DNA from: Raja brachyura
Taxonomy: Eukaryota
Direction of reading: 5' to 3'
DNA: 64,000 nucleotides
Assembly (NCBI GenBank): GCA_963514005.1
Contig: OY740814.1
Coordinates: forward strand, 10,168,001 to 10,232,000
In this document: piece by piece, positions 39,117 to 50,210 of the stretch
Layout of the letters: each line of letters opens with the position of its first letter
Numbering within the stretch: the first letter of the stretch is position 1
Position numbers and translations under genes: made by a program
The notes under the pieces: model-generated
What the model was told of the DNA's origin: nothing
Database searches by the model: none
What the model saw: only the letters and a program-made list of their open reading frames with translations

Positions 39117-40272
39117 CACACCAACGCCTCTACTTCCTTATGCCCCTGTCCCACAGGCAATTTTTTTAGGTGATTAGGCTGTCGCCGGGATGTCGCCTGT
39201 ATGGTCTCCTCAGTCACCCAAAGAGTCGTACCGTTTTTCTGATCACTGCTGGATTTTGAAATGTTCAAAACGTTTTGGCGACAGTCGGCGCCCGTGGGCT
39301 TGATGCCAACGATCGTAGCCTGACGTAGGTTGTCGCCAGGATGACATAGGTTGTTGCCAGTGCTGACTTTGGTGAATTCCATTGGCGATTACCTATGTCA
39401 ACCTACGTCACACCTACGACAGGTACCGGCTTGTCGCGGATGGACGTAGGTTGCCATAGGTGTGGTCGTAGGTGGACGTCCTACGGGTCGCCGGTTGTCG
39501 ATAGTTGACTAGGAGGTAGGTTGTTGTAGACATTGTTGTAGGCGGGTCCAGTCGCTGTTTTTTTGGCGACCTGCTGCAACTAAGACAGTCGCCGGCAATC
39601 ACCAATAAAATCGCCTAAGTGGGACAGGCCCATTAGAGGTCTTAGGAAGCTCGGCATGTTCCTACAACTCTGTTACTGTTCCTACAACTTAGGAAAATCC
39701 TACAACTCTCACCAACTTCTACAGATGCGCCATCAAAATCATTTTATCATGAATCATCACAGCTTGGTTTGAGAGCAGCTTCATCCAAGACCGCAAGAAA
39801 TTGCAGCGAATCGTGCACTCAGCCCAGACCATCACACAAACCAACCTCCCATCTATTGACTCCATTTATACCTCGCGCTGCCTCAGCAAGTCCGGCAGCA
39901 TAAGCAAGGACAGGTCGCACCCTAGCCACGCCCTCTTCTCCGCTCTTCCATCAGGCAAAAGGTATAGAAGTGTGAAAACGCACACCTCCAGATTCAGGGA
40001 CGGTTTCTTCCCAGCTGTAATCAGGCAACTGAATCATCCTACCACAACCAGAGAGCAGAGCTGAACTACTATCTACCTCTTTGGTGACCCACGGACTATC
40101 CTTGATCGGACTTTGCTGGCTTTACCTTGCACTGAACGTTATCATGTATCTATACACTGCAAATGGCTCGATGGTAATCACGTATTGTCTTTCTGCTGAC
40201 GGCATAGCATGCAACAAAGGCATTTCACTGTACCTCGGCACACGTGACAATAAACTAAACTGAACTGAACTG
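39117..40272 (+). mobile_element. Rex1-like LINE 3' fragment interrupted by a MITE
   Basis: QRLYFL..DRSHPSHALFSALPSGKRYRS; AATAAA followed by (CTGAA)n tail. Confidence 0.88.
39141..39632. mobile_element. PIF/Harbinger-type MITE inserted in a Rex1 fragment
   Basis: TTA|TGCCCCTGTCCCAC...AGTGGGACAGGCCCA|TTA. Removing it restores the host frame QRLYFLRGLRKLGM. Confidence 0.9.
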
Positions 40273-40599
40273 CATGTTCTCCTTCAATACTACCATGGTT
40301 TGTTAGGAATATTGCTCTTCATCATCACCAGGTCTAACTCCCGGAATTCCAAAGCAAAACTATTAAGGATTAACCTCACCAGAAGGACTATAGCAGTCCA
40401 AGAAGGTGGCTCACCACAACCTTTTCAATTAGGGATTGGTAATAAATGCTAGTTATTGCCAAAGGCACTCACACTCTTCCATAAAAATTAATAAAAAACA
40501 GGTCAAAATAACATATATTGATATTTTATTAATATATCCACCCTAATTAATAATAGATTCAATAATTTGACTTGCTCATGCAAACAGATGTCTATTACT

Positions 40600-41075
40600 T
40601 CTTAGTCATTGAGTCGTATACCATGAAAACATGTTCTTTGGCCCACCTTGTCCATGCTAACCAAGATGTCCATCTACACTTGTCTCATTTGTCCACATTT
40701 GTTCCACGTCCCTCTAAATATTTCCTGTCTATGAACATGTCCAACTGGTCTTTAAATTTTGTTATTGCATCTGCCTCAACCACTTCTTCTGCCAGCTTGT
40801 TTCATACACCCACCACGCTCTGTGTGAAGAAGTTGCCCTTCAGGTTCCTACTAAATCTTTCCCCTCTCACTTTAAACGTATGCACTCTTGTTCTTGATTA
40901 CCCAATCATGGGAAAGAGTTTGTGCATTCACCTTAGCTATGCTCCTCATGATTTTATACACCTCAACAAGATCACCCTCGGTCTCCTATGCTCTAAGGAA
41001 TAACATCCCAGGCTGCCTAACCTCGCCATATAACTTCGTCCTTCGTGTCCTGGCAACCTCCTCATAAATCTTTTG
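40600..41075 (-). mobile_element. CR1 LINE 3' remnant
   Basis: Reverse-complement CR1 3' end and tail. Confidence 0.75.
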
Positions 41076-44000
41076 CATCATTTGCTCCCCAATTTCATGT
41101 TTCTCTTCAGATTAATTTCCTTTGCTCTTCACTAGTTTTTCCTCTCTCGTGCAGTCACCCCATGGCATATTCCTTCCTACTTAAGATGTTTATTTTATGA
41201 ATGCAGCTCAGGGCTCAGTTAAATTTCGATAGCTGCCTACTTATTATGCAGCACACAGTATACTCTAGTAAAGAACTGCCTTGCTTCTGACAAAGCTTGG
41301 ATTTTCTGAGTTGAACTTGGGCTTGTGGCTGCAGGTTTCAGCAGGAGTTTGAACCGGGTTCCCTTTTGCCACTTCAAAGCACAAAATACATGGAAACTGC
41401 CTCCAGATAACATAGAAAAGATATTTCCATTTCCTGATATTGACTTTTGCGGCTGGGCCAAGAGGAGCAGCATACTTGCTCTTTTAGTGTTGTTTAAAAT
41501 GACTTATTTCTTCAGCTGAATTTTTTTTTAAAGTTAGTGCAGCTAATGTTTCTAAGTAATGTAAAAAGAATGCTTTGGGTTCAGATGTTTTGCATTATCC
41601 AACGCTGTAGGACAAATACTTGCTAATTCTTTTGATGAAAAACATGGATTGAGTAAGTTTTGGGGTGTAAAATTACCATGGCATCGACATTATTTTTCCT
41701 TCACTTTAATACAAAGCAAGGTTTTCCAACAGAGCCTCGTGAACAGAGCATTTCGTGAAGAGATTGTCCATAAAAACTGATGTTATAATTGTATTAATAA
41801 CTGTTTAGATCATGAGCCGAGACTTGCAGTGACCTTGCAACGAATCTTTACCATTGCACTTCAAAATGTGATTTGCTGAAATGCAAACAATATTGCCATA
41901 AGCTCTATACTGTTGAGTTACCTATGTATTTGTTAGTGATCAGTATATTGATACTGCCATTTGCATTGGTCAGGCTGTGCTGCACTACACTTTTCTTAAC
42001 TTAAACACTGGGCTTTATTGACTTCAAACCACTGCAGTCTCTCATTTTAGAAACACATGGAGTATTATTTCAGGTGTCAAGAAGACACGGCTAAAGGAGC
42101 ATACATTGAATTCTCTCTACCCTTGGAAAGCAACCCTTTCATCAGCCTTTTGAATTAATGTAATGTCAAAATGAGAATAAGCCAAGGTATGTTGCGAATT
42201 AAAGCATTCTTGCTTACTCTGTATCCCAATTGGTAGGCATGACCTGTGTTGAGGCCAGGAAAATCCTAAATTTGAAGCAGGCTCACTAATCTCTGCTAAA
42301 TTGTTTAGGTCCTGTAATTAGCATTAGTTAGGGAGCTGATGTTGGAAAAGAATCATCCAAGGTTGCATTACATAAAGTTGACTGCAAGAGCTTCACAGTG
42401 GAAAGCCTAACAATATGCACCACCGAGTTTGTGTGTAAAGAGTGGCATTGTTGTGAGCTAATGGAGGCTGGCTAATGTGTAGGGTTTCATCCAATTCAAG
42501 TGGGCTTAAAGTCTTCAAAGAAGGAAAGAGAACTAGAGGTTAAGAAATAAATGTGACATCTAATGTGCAAGTGCATCAATGATAGGCTTCATTTTCTAAT
42601 ATTCAGAAACAAAATGTAAATGTGGTTTTACTGAAACCTGGGTAAGATGGAGCAGCTGTGATGATAACAGTTGGTTAGTATGTCACCTATAAAATCCACT
42701 CATCAGGCATTGCGCTCCGATAACTCTTTCTGAGATTCTTGGAAGGGATTTATCTTTTGAGATTATTGCCTTATGGTCAGAGCCAAAATTATTCATCTCC
42801 TCTTGGAAGAGATTCGGGAATAATTCTCCTAAACACCCAGAGATAGCTGATCTTTTCTCCTTGCAAAGAAAGCATTGGAACAAATGTTCATCTTCTTTGC
42901 TTTCACTGTTCATTGTGTAATACAGTAATGTTATCGGTTAATTATGACAATCAAGAATATGATAGAACAAGAGAAGGAGATGCATGAGGTGTTACTGCAG
43001 GGCTGGAACATTTTAGTTACAAGGTGAGATATGCTGGGTGTTCTTGTTTTCTCTTGAACAAAAACTGAGGAGATTTAATTGAAGTGTCTAAAAGTATGTA
43101 CAACCGGCCTAGACAGATTAAACAGGAAAGACCTACTTCCTGAAGCAGAGAGGTCAATAACCAGAAATATAGACATACGTGAATTGGTGGAAGGATTAGC
43201 GGGGAACTAGAGAAACTGATGCTCTGGAAGTCTGCGTGAATATAGTGGTAGAGGAAGAGACCCTCTTTGCATTTAAAAATGACCTTTTGAATAATTGAGG
43301 AACAATAATGAACAAGGGAATAACCTGAATAAATGTTTTTTTCCTGTTGATGTGGCCTCAGTGGCCTGAAAGGCCTTCTGTCTATTCTGTGTGAATTGAT
43401 TGATTTTCAATGCTACAATAGACCCAGCCATGAGGCAAGGAAAATAGCCAGAAGGCTTTGGGAATCGTGACCCAAAGCTTGCCAAACTAGAATCCACGCT
43501 AACTAGATTATTCATGTACGAAATCTCAAAATGTTAATTTCTGAAAAAAGTCTATCTAATTGCCATTTGCCTGAATCAATACTAACAGCTTGTATTGTTT
43601 CCCAAAATAACTGGTTCCATAGATTGATCATTTGCAGACTTGAGAAGGTTTCAATTAATTTTGAATATGTAGATCTGAGGTTTGAATAGATTATTCGGCA
43701 CTTGTCGTAGTGGCAATAGCTCAGTTGTTTGGGTATTTTTTTAATCATTTGTTCATATTTCAATGTATGGGCAAGACCATTGTTTGTTGCATCGGAGAAC
43801 ATGAGGGTGAGCTGCCTTCTCCAACTTTTATGCTTTATTTTTATGCTTTCTAAGATTGAAGCACTGTTAGAAAATATACTCTTGCGACATTGGCAGTACT
43901 CCACAACCAAGATTTTAGGCATCCTATTCTTTTCTACAGGATACCCATACAAATAGATCAGTGAGGATGAGCTTTGTTCTTGAATGGCTGCAGACCTATT

Positions 44001-44269
44001 AGTGCTATTGGCAGGAAGTTCAGGGATTTACTTTATATTCAAAAAACACACTACCTCTGTAACATTTCTCAGTACTTCTATCTTAGAAAGCATAAAATAA
44101 AATAAAGCATAATAGTTGGATAAGGCAGCTCACCCTCATGTTCTCTGGTGGAACAAACCGGCTTGCCAAGCTAGTCCCATCTACCTGTGCATAACCCAGG
44201 TAGAGTTAAGAGTAGGAGTACGTGGCAGCACCTCTGGGAAACGTGTGTGCACGAGGTGATTGGTTCAGG

Positions 44270-45110
44270 AGTCTGATAGCAATGAGGAAGAAGCTGGTCT
44301 TAAGTTCGGACGTCCAAGCTTTCAAGGTCCTTTATCTTCTCTCAGAAGGTAGCAAAAACAAAATGGAATAGCCAGGTTGGCAGATCCGTGATGATGCTTC
44401 CAGCTTTCCTCATGCAATGCATTGTGAAAATGGACTGGAGAGAAGGAATTGATGGGCCTGAGATGTACTAGGCTGCATTCACCAATCTTTGCAGATTCAA
44501 GAGGTCAAGAACCAAGCAGTTTCCATACTGGGCTGAAATGCATCCCATCAGAATACTTTCTTTGGCGCATCTGTTGAAGTTCAAGAGAATCCTCGTGGAA
44601 ATATTGAATCTTTTCGGTTGCCTAAGAAAGTAAATATGCTGATCAGTGTGAAGAGACAAAGTTAGGTTGCTGATGATATGAATGGCTGGGAACCTGAAGC
44701 TGTTGACTATCTCTACAGCAGTTATATTGATGAGGACAGGATTGTGTTCACCCCTCATTTTCTTAGGTCAACGACCAACTTTGGTGGTTCTAAGAGTTTC
44801 ATTGTCCAGGTAGGAATAGGGCTGTGCTAAAGACTTGCGCGGCAATTGGCTGGCGTATTCAAGGACTTCTTCAACCTCTGGCTCCTGAGAGATCTGAGGT
44901 TTCCACTTGCTTCAAAAGGACATCTATTGTACCTGAGCCCAACATGAGCACGGTCACCTGCCTCAATGACTACTGTCCAGTAGCACTTAATTGCAGAAGA
45001 TATAGATGCTTCAAGAGGTTGATTATGGTATAAATCAGTTCCTGCTTCAGGAATGACCCGGATCTGCGTCAGTTTGCCTATTGCTACACCAAATTAACAG
45101 CAGATGTTAT
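44270..45110. mobile_element. Two old Rex1-like fragments in opposite orientation
   Basis: Minus-strand ORF 44468-44758 (YFLRQPKRF..ESILMGCI) and plus-strand ORF 44824-45033 ([10 protein letters not shown]). Confidence 0.7.
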
Positions 45111-46289
45111 CCTGTATGCAATTTGCAAGAGATCTAGATCATCTAAAAGACTGCTTAAGATGCGGGCGATTATCAGTCTTTCAAAACGCTTCATTATGGT
45201 TATTGCTGGATCTACTGGATGGTAGTCATCGAGGGAGATCACTTTGCTTCAGATGGACCACGATTAAGAAGCATGGAGGCAAAACCATAATTGACTTTGT
45301 ATTGATAGTGAAGAAGAAAGACCTGGGCAGTAGGAAAAGACCAATAGACTATTCAATGAATAAATGGAATACAAAGTAAGAAGATTAGACTTTTTTGCCT
45401 TCCATCACAGTGAGGAATGTGGGGAATCCGCTGTGGTGGATGTTTATGTTAACTTTTATGTAGTTGTGTGTCTTGTTGCTTTTTTTCGAATGGCTGTATG
45501 ATAATTCGCATATCACTGTACCTTAATTGGTACATGTGACAATAAAAGACCTTTGAAACCTTTGAATTCATTCTGGAGAAGCATTTAAAAAATGTGTTTA
45601 GGGAGGCTAGATAAGTGCTGGAGAAGACTTGATTAAATTAAGGCCAATTAGATGCATGCCGTTATTGATAAAGATGTGGAGTACAAGGGAGACCTGTCAT
45701 GCTCAAACTGTACAAAATTCAAATTGTGCCGCAGTTCTAAAGAGTGCAGATCTGGTCATCGCACAATGTGAAAGCACTTGGGAAGGTCCAGAAGAGATTA
45801 GAGATGAGACCAAGCAAGGTAATACCAGTTTTGAAAATTCCAAGCATATATCATGGGTGGATTCTGACAGTCAGTGACATTCTCGGTGACGCCCTGCTCT
45901 TGCCCCTGTCCATCAATATCCCAAGGTTGATACTCAGCCCTTCAGCATAAATGAGGCCAATGACAAATGAGGAAGCCAGTGTGAAGTACAGAATGTACAA
46001 GACTGAATAAGGTGGTCATTCTGGAGTTTTTTCAAGCTTTTGTTATGGAGTTTCCTGGATAAACACAAAAACAGCTGAAGGAAAGTTCACATCCCAGTTT
46101 ATTTCCTTATGGATCACATCCTGGCTGGAAAAACGTAACTGATAGATTTTAATTCCCAACAGATTTTTACTCCACGGACTTTGGCTTTACTGACACTGAA
46201 CAAGTGTTTTTTTCCTTGTAGTTGTTTTAATCCCACCAAGTAGAAACATACTAGGTTATCATCAGAGTCCACATTGGTTGATTTGGTAC

Positions 46290-46660
46290 TAGTCCATCTT
46301 TAAGGGAGCATGTTCCAGAATGCTGAGTACAAAAATCTAGGGTGACATTCCATTGCAGTAGGTGCATGTTCAGCTGTTCAAAAGTGCTAGTTCTCTGATT
46401 AGATATAAAACTGGCCTGCAAATGTATAAGATCAGAAGGCACTATTTTGAAGAAGAGTAAGGGATTTATCCCTTGTGTTGTGGGGAATGTTTATTTATTT
46501 ATTTGTCATTAAATATCACTAATGTCTGATAATTATCATGCTGCTGTAAGTGAGATTTTGCACTACATACTGTTTGCTGATTTTCTCTACTGCAAAGTGA
46601 CTACACTTCAAGGAGAACTGCAATGCTATGAACCGCTGTAGTACATTAGATTGTGGCTTT
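46290..46660 (+). mobile_element. DeuSINE (SacSINE1/AmnSINE-related) remnant
   Basis: Deu-domain-like GCACTATTTTGAAGAAGAGTAAGGG..TATCCC and tail AGTGACTACACTTCAA. Confidence 0.7.
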
Positions 46661-46729
46661 GACGCTTAATTCTTCTTGAGCCGTGAGTTCCTTCCTACCA
46701 ATGTAGACAGAACACGTGACAGAAAATTT

Positions 46730-46893
46730 TAAATAGTTAGATTTAGCTCTTGGGGCTAATGGAATCAAGGGATATGGGGAAAAAAGCCCGAATGGGGTAC
46801 TGATTTTAGATGATCAGCCATGATCATATGGCGGTGCTGGCTCGAAGGGTCGAATGGCCTACTCGTACACCTACCTATTTTCTATGTTTCTAT
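46730..46893 (+). mobile_element. CR1 3' UTR and tail
   Basis: GATCAGCCATGATCATA..CGAATGGCCTACTC..(TTTCTATG)2. Confidence 0.85.
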
Positions 46894-46914
46894 GTAATCT
46901 CATATATTTCTTAC

Positions 46915-48370
46915 TGCTTCCCTCCTACACACACACGTGCGCGTGCACATCCCTCCCTCCTGGACAAAGCACGAAGAGAGACATCTGCTCCTCACTTCCA
47001 ATCTCATCAGCCCTTTACACTCAGGGAATCATCCTTCGCACTTTCAGCCATCTTTGTGATTCTAGTGTCTGGTGCTTCTGCCTCTCCTCTGCCCTTTCAG
47101 CATTCTGAAGGGACCATTTCCTTCACAAATCCATGGTTCACTCTTTTGTTTCCACCACACTATTCACACAGTACTTTCCGGTACGATCACATCAGATGCA
47201 CGTCTCTTCTCATTATGCATAGATCAAAACAGTCCTTCCATGTGAAACAAAGATTTACTAGCACTACTTCCGATCTAGTGTATTACATTCCGTTTTCATA
47301 ATGTGGTGTCTTCTGTATTGGAAAAACCAAACACAGATTGGGGGAACATCTTACAGAGCAATTGTTGTCGGTTCACCGGAACAATCCTGAGATTCTGCGC
47401 CTGCCACTTTAATTCCCACTCCGCCTCTAATATATCCTTCTCTGTTATAGCAAGAATCAATGTAAGCTTGACGAACAGCAACTCATCTTCCATCTGGGAA
47501 TATTGCAGCCTTATTGAACTAAGTATGAAAATGCTCCAACTTTGGATAACTCATTTTCTGTTTCGGTCAGAATTAGCCAGTTCTACTGCAGATCATTTAT
47601 CTAATATTCAATACATTTTGTTTCGTTTAGTGTAGTCTAGAGATACCGCATGGAAATAGGCCCTTCGGCCCACCGTGTCTGCACTGACCAATGATCACCC
47701 ATAGTCTAGTTCTATCTTGCACACTAGGGACAATTTACAGAAGCCAATTAACTTACAAACCTGCAAGTCTTGGGAATGTGGATGGAAACCGGAGCACCTG
47801 GAGAAAACCCACGTGGTCACAGGGAGAACATACCAACTCTGTACAGATAGCACCTGTAGTCAGGGTTGAAACCAGGTCTCTGGCACTGTGAGGCAGCAAC
47901 TCTATCGCTGCGCCATTGTGCTGGCCATTATCACCATCTGATCTGCCGATCATTTCTTACAGCAAAAAAAATAGCTGCTTTTACATTCTTTAATTTCTGT
48001 TCACTCTCTAACCACCCTCATATCAGGGGCTCTATATTCCTGCATCAATATTTTCTTGCTATGTAACCGTTCTCATGAACTTCCCCACTGGATGACTGAA
48101 TTTGCAGCCAAATCCCCTGGCAGCCTTGGCTCACCTCATCAGTGATATCCCCATTGCTTTATCGATCGCTCCTCCATTCTCTGCAATTTAAAACAAACAT
48201 ATTTCCTCTATTTCCCGATTTTGACAAACGATCGTCAGCCGGAAACATTGTTTCTCCTTCCACAGAACCAGTATCTGCAGTTCCTCCCTACACATTTTGT
48301 CTGTCTCCTTCCAGATACTGCCTGACCTAATGAGTGTTTTCACTTATTTATGTTTAATTTTTGCTTGCAT
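46915..48370 (+). mobile_element. Penelope-like element remnant with GIY-YIG endonuclease, split by a SINE
   Basis: SFHVKQRFTSTTSDLVYYIPFS*CGVFCIGKTKHRL at ~47230-47345 fits the VY..C..C..YIG.T motif; pLTR-type tail at ~48170-48370. Confidence 0.8.
47620..47926 (-). mobile_element. HE1-like V-SINE inserted in a Penelope-like element
   Basis: Reverse-complement match to 17668-17970 across head, V domain and tail. Confidence 0.88.
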
Positions 48371-50041
48371 TTGCTTTTTTCTGTGGCAAAAGTTGGCAAC
48401 ACTTCTTACATGAGTGCAGTTGTCTGAAACAGATTGACGCCTCCAATACAACCAGGGCCGCCTGTGGTGATGTTGGGTGGTTCATTGTATACCTGCAACC
48501 GTCAAAATCCTGACATCATTCCTTCCTTTTCCCTCTGGCTTCACAGATAAGGAAGAAGATGACCTAATTTATCCAGTCTGGCTCTAACAATTATTTTAAA
48601 CAATGTCTCTGCTACAAGTTCCTGTTGTAATTTGGTGCTTAACAAGATGAGGTTGAATCTGGCAAGTGAGAGGTGAGGCACTTTGGGAAGTCAAATTCCA
48701 GAGGAAAGTATACAATAAATGACAGGACCCTTAGGAGGTTTGAAGTACACAGGGATCATGGAGTGCAAGTCCATAGCTCTCTGGCAACAGAAGTAAGTTG
48801 GGGCTCTGAATATAAATGTCTGGAGATCATGTTGCAGCTGCACAATACTTTGGTTAGGCCGCATTTGGTGTATTGTGTGGAGAGGGTTCAGAAAGGGTTC
48901 ACCATGATGTTGCCAATGCAGACCGATCCATCCACTTTTACAGATGCGCATAAGTTTATATTTCCTTTTTTTTAAATGTACAAAAAAACTCAATATGGTA
49001 ACTACCTCCACAGTATTAGAATGAATGGCATCTAAAGGACATAAAACTGATAAGAGAGATCAATTATTAAAGTGGGGGGTAAGAGGAAACTAGTTATGCT
49101 GTTTACAGGAATGAACATGTAGACATACATCAGACATTTGAATGTAATATTTTGAGATATTATTTGTATGTTCAGTTATCCATAAGTCAGTCTTCTTTAC
49201 CAAGGACAGCTAGTGAGGAGAGGTTGGACAAACTTGAATTGTTTTCTCTTGATTGTCACAGACTGAGTGCAAGGAGTACACTGCCAAGGAAGGTAGTGGT
49301 GGTAGATACGATAGCAATATGTAAGAGGCATTTTATACAAATACATAGACAGGGGGAGGGGGGGGGGGGCTAGAGTCTTGTGCACCATGTGCAGGTTAAT
49401 GGGATTAGTTAGATTGGCATCTGGTTGGCAGAAGGGTCTGCAAATGGCTGCTGCATTATTCTCAGTTATATGATAAATGAGGAGGTATTGAACAGTACTT
49501 GTTGACTGACAGAATCCAAAGCTCTAGTGAGGTCAAAAGAGGTTATATATTGTGGTGTTGCTGCTCTCATCATTTAAACCTATTGCACTCTATTCTGTAA
49601 TAGATTACCAAATGAATTGAATAAATATTTCAAGGATATTCTCCAAGCCTTCTTGGAAAAAATGCAATGTCCCCACCAACTCCCAGGAATAACTAAAACC
49701 ATCTGCACAGCCAAAACAAAAATATGTGGGGTTTTGATACTTAAAAGTGTAGCAGGTTCACTACCAGGGTTCAAATTTGTACCAAACATTGAAAATATTA
49801 TTTTTAAATATCATCTCTGGCTCATTTTTGCATTTAATTCTTTGTGCCTATGTTATTTTGATTTTGTGGATGAGTCACAGCTACATTATGCTCAGTTCAC
49901 AATTTTGTCTTGGTATACCATTTAATGATTCTTGCCACTTAAATATTTTCTTTGAGGGCTTTGATTCAAGGAAACTTGTCAATACTTATGTCTATTGAGA
50001 TGAAGTAATTGCAATTTTTAAATGGCATTATCTTTTTCCAG

Positions 50042-50210
50042 CAAGTGGCCTCCCAATCCAGTAAAGGACAGTCACCACCTTTTGCCATGGGATCAAGTCA
50101 TAGTTTTCCTGCAGACCAGGCTACCTTCAGTCCCCTTTCCAGTCCTGTGTCCACATCTTCACCTGGAGGACCTTCTTATACCAGTCTGGCAAATCGATCC
50201 ACTAGTTTTG
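50042..50210 (+). CDS. ARNT2: ARNT2 coding exon (S/P-rich C-terminal region)
   Basis: tttttccAG acceptor. Encodes QVASQSSKGQSPPFAMGSSHSFPADQATFSPLSSPVSTSSPGGPSYTSLANRSTSF plus 1 nt. Donor GTGAGT, phase 1. Confidence 0.93.
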
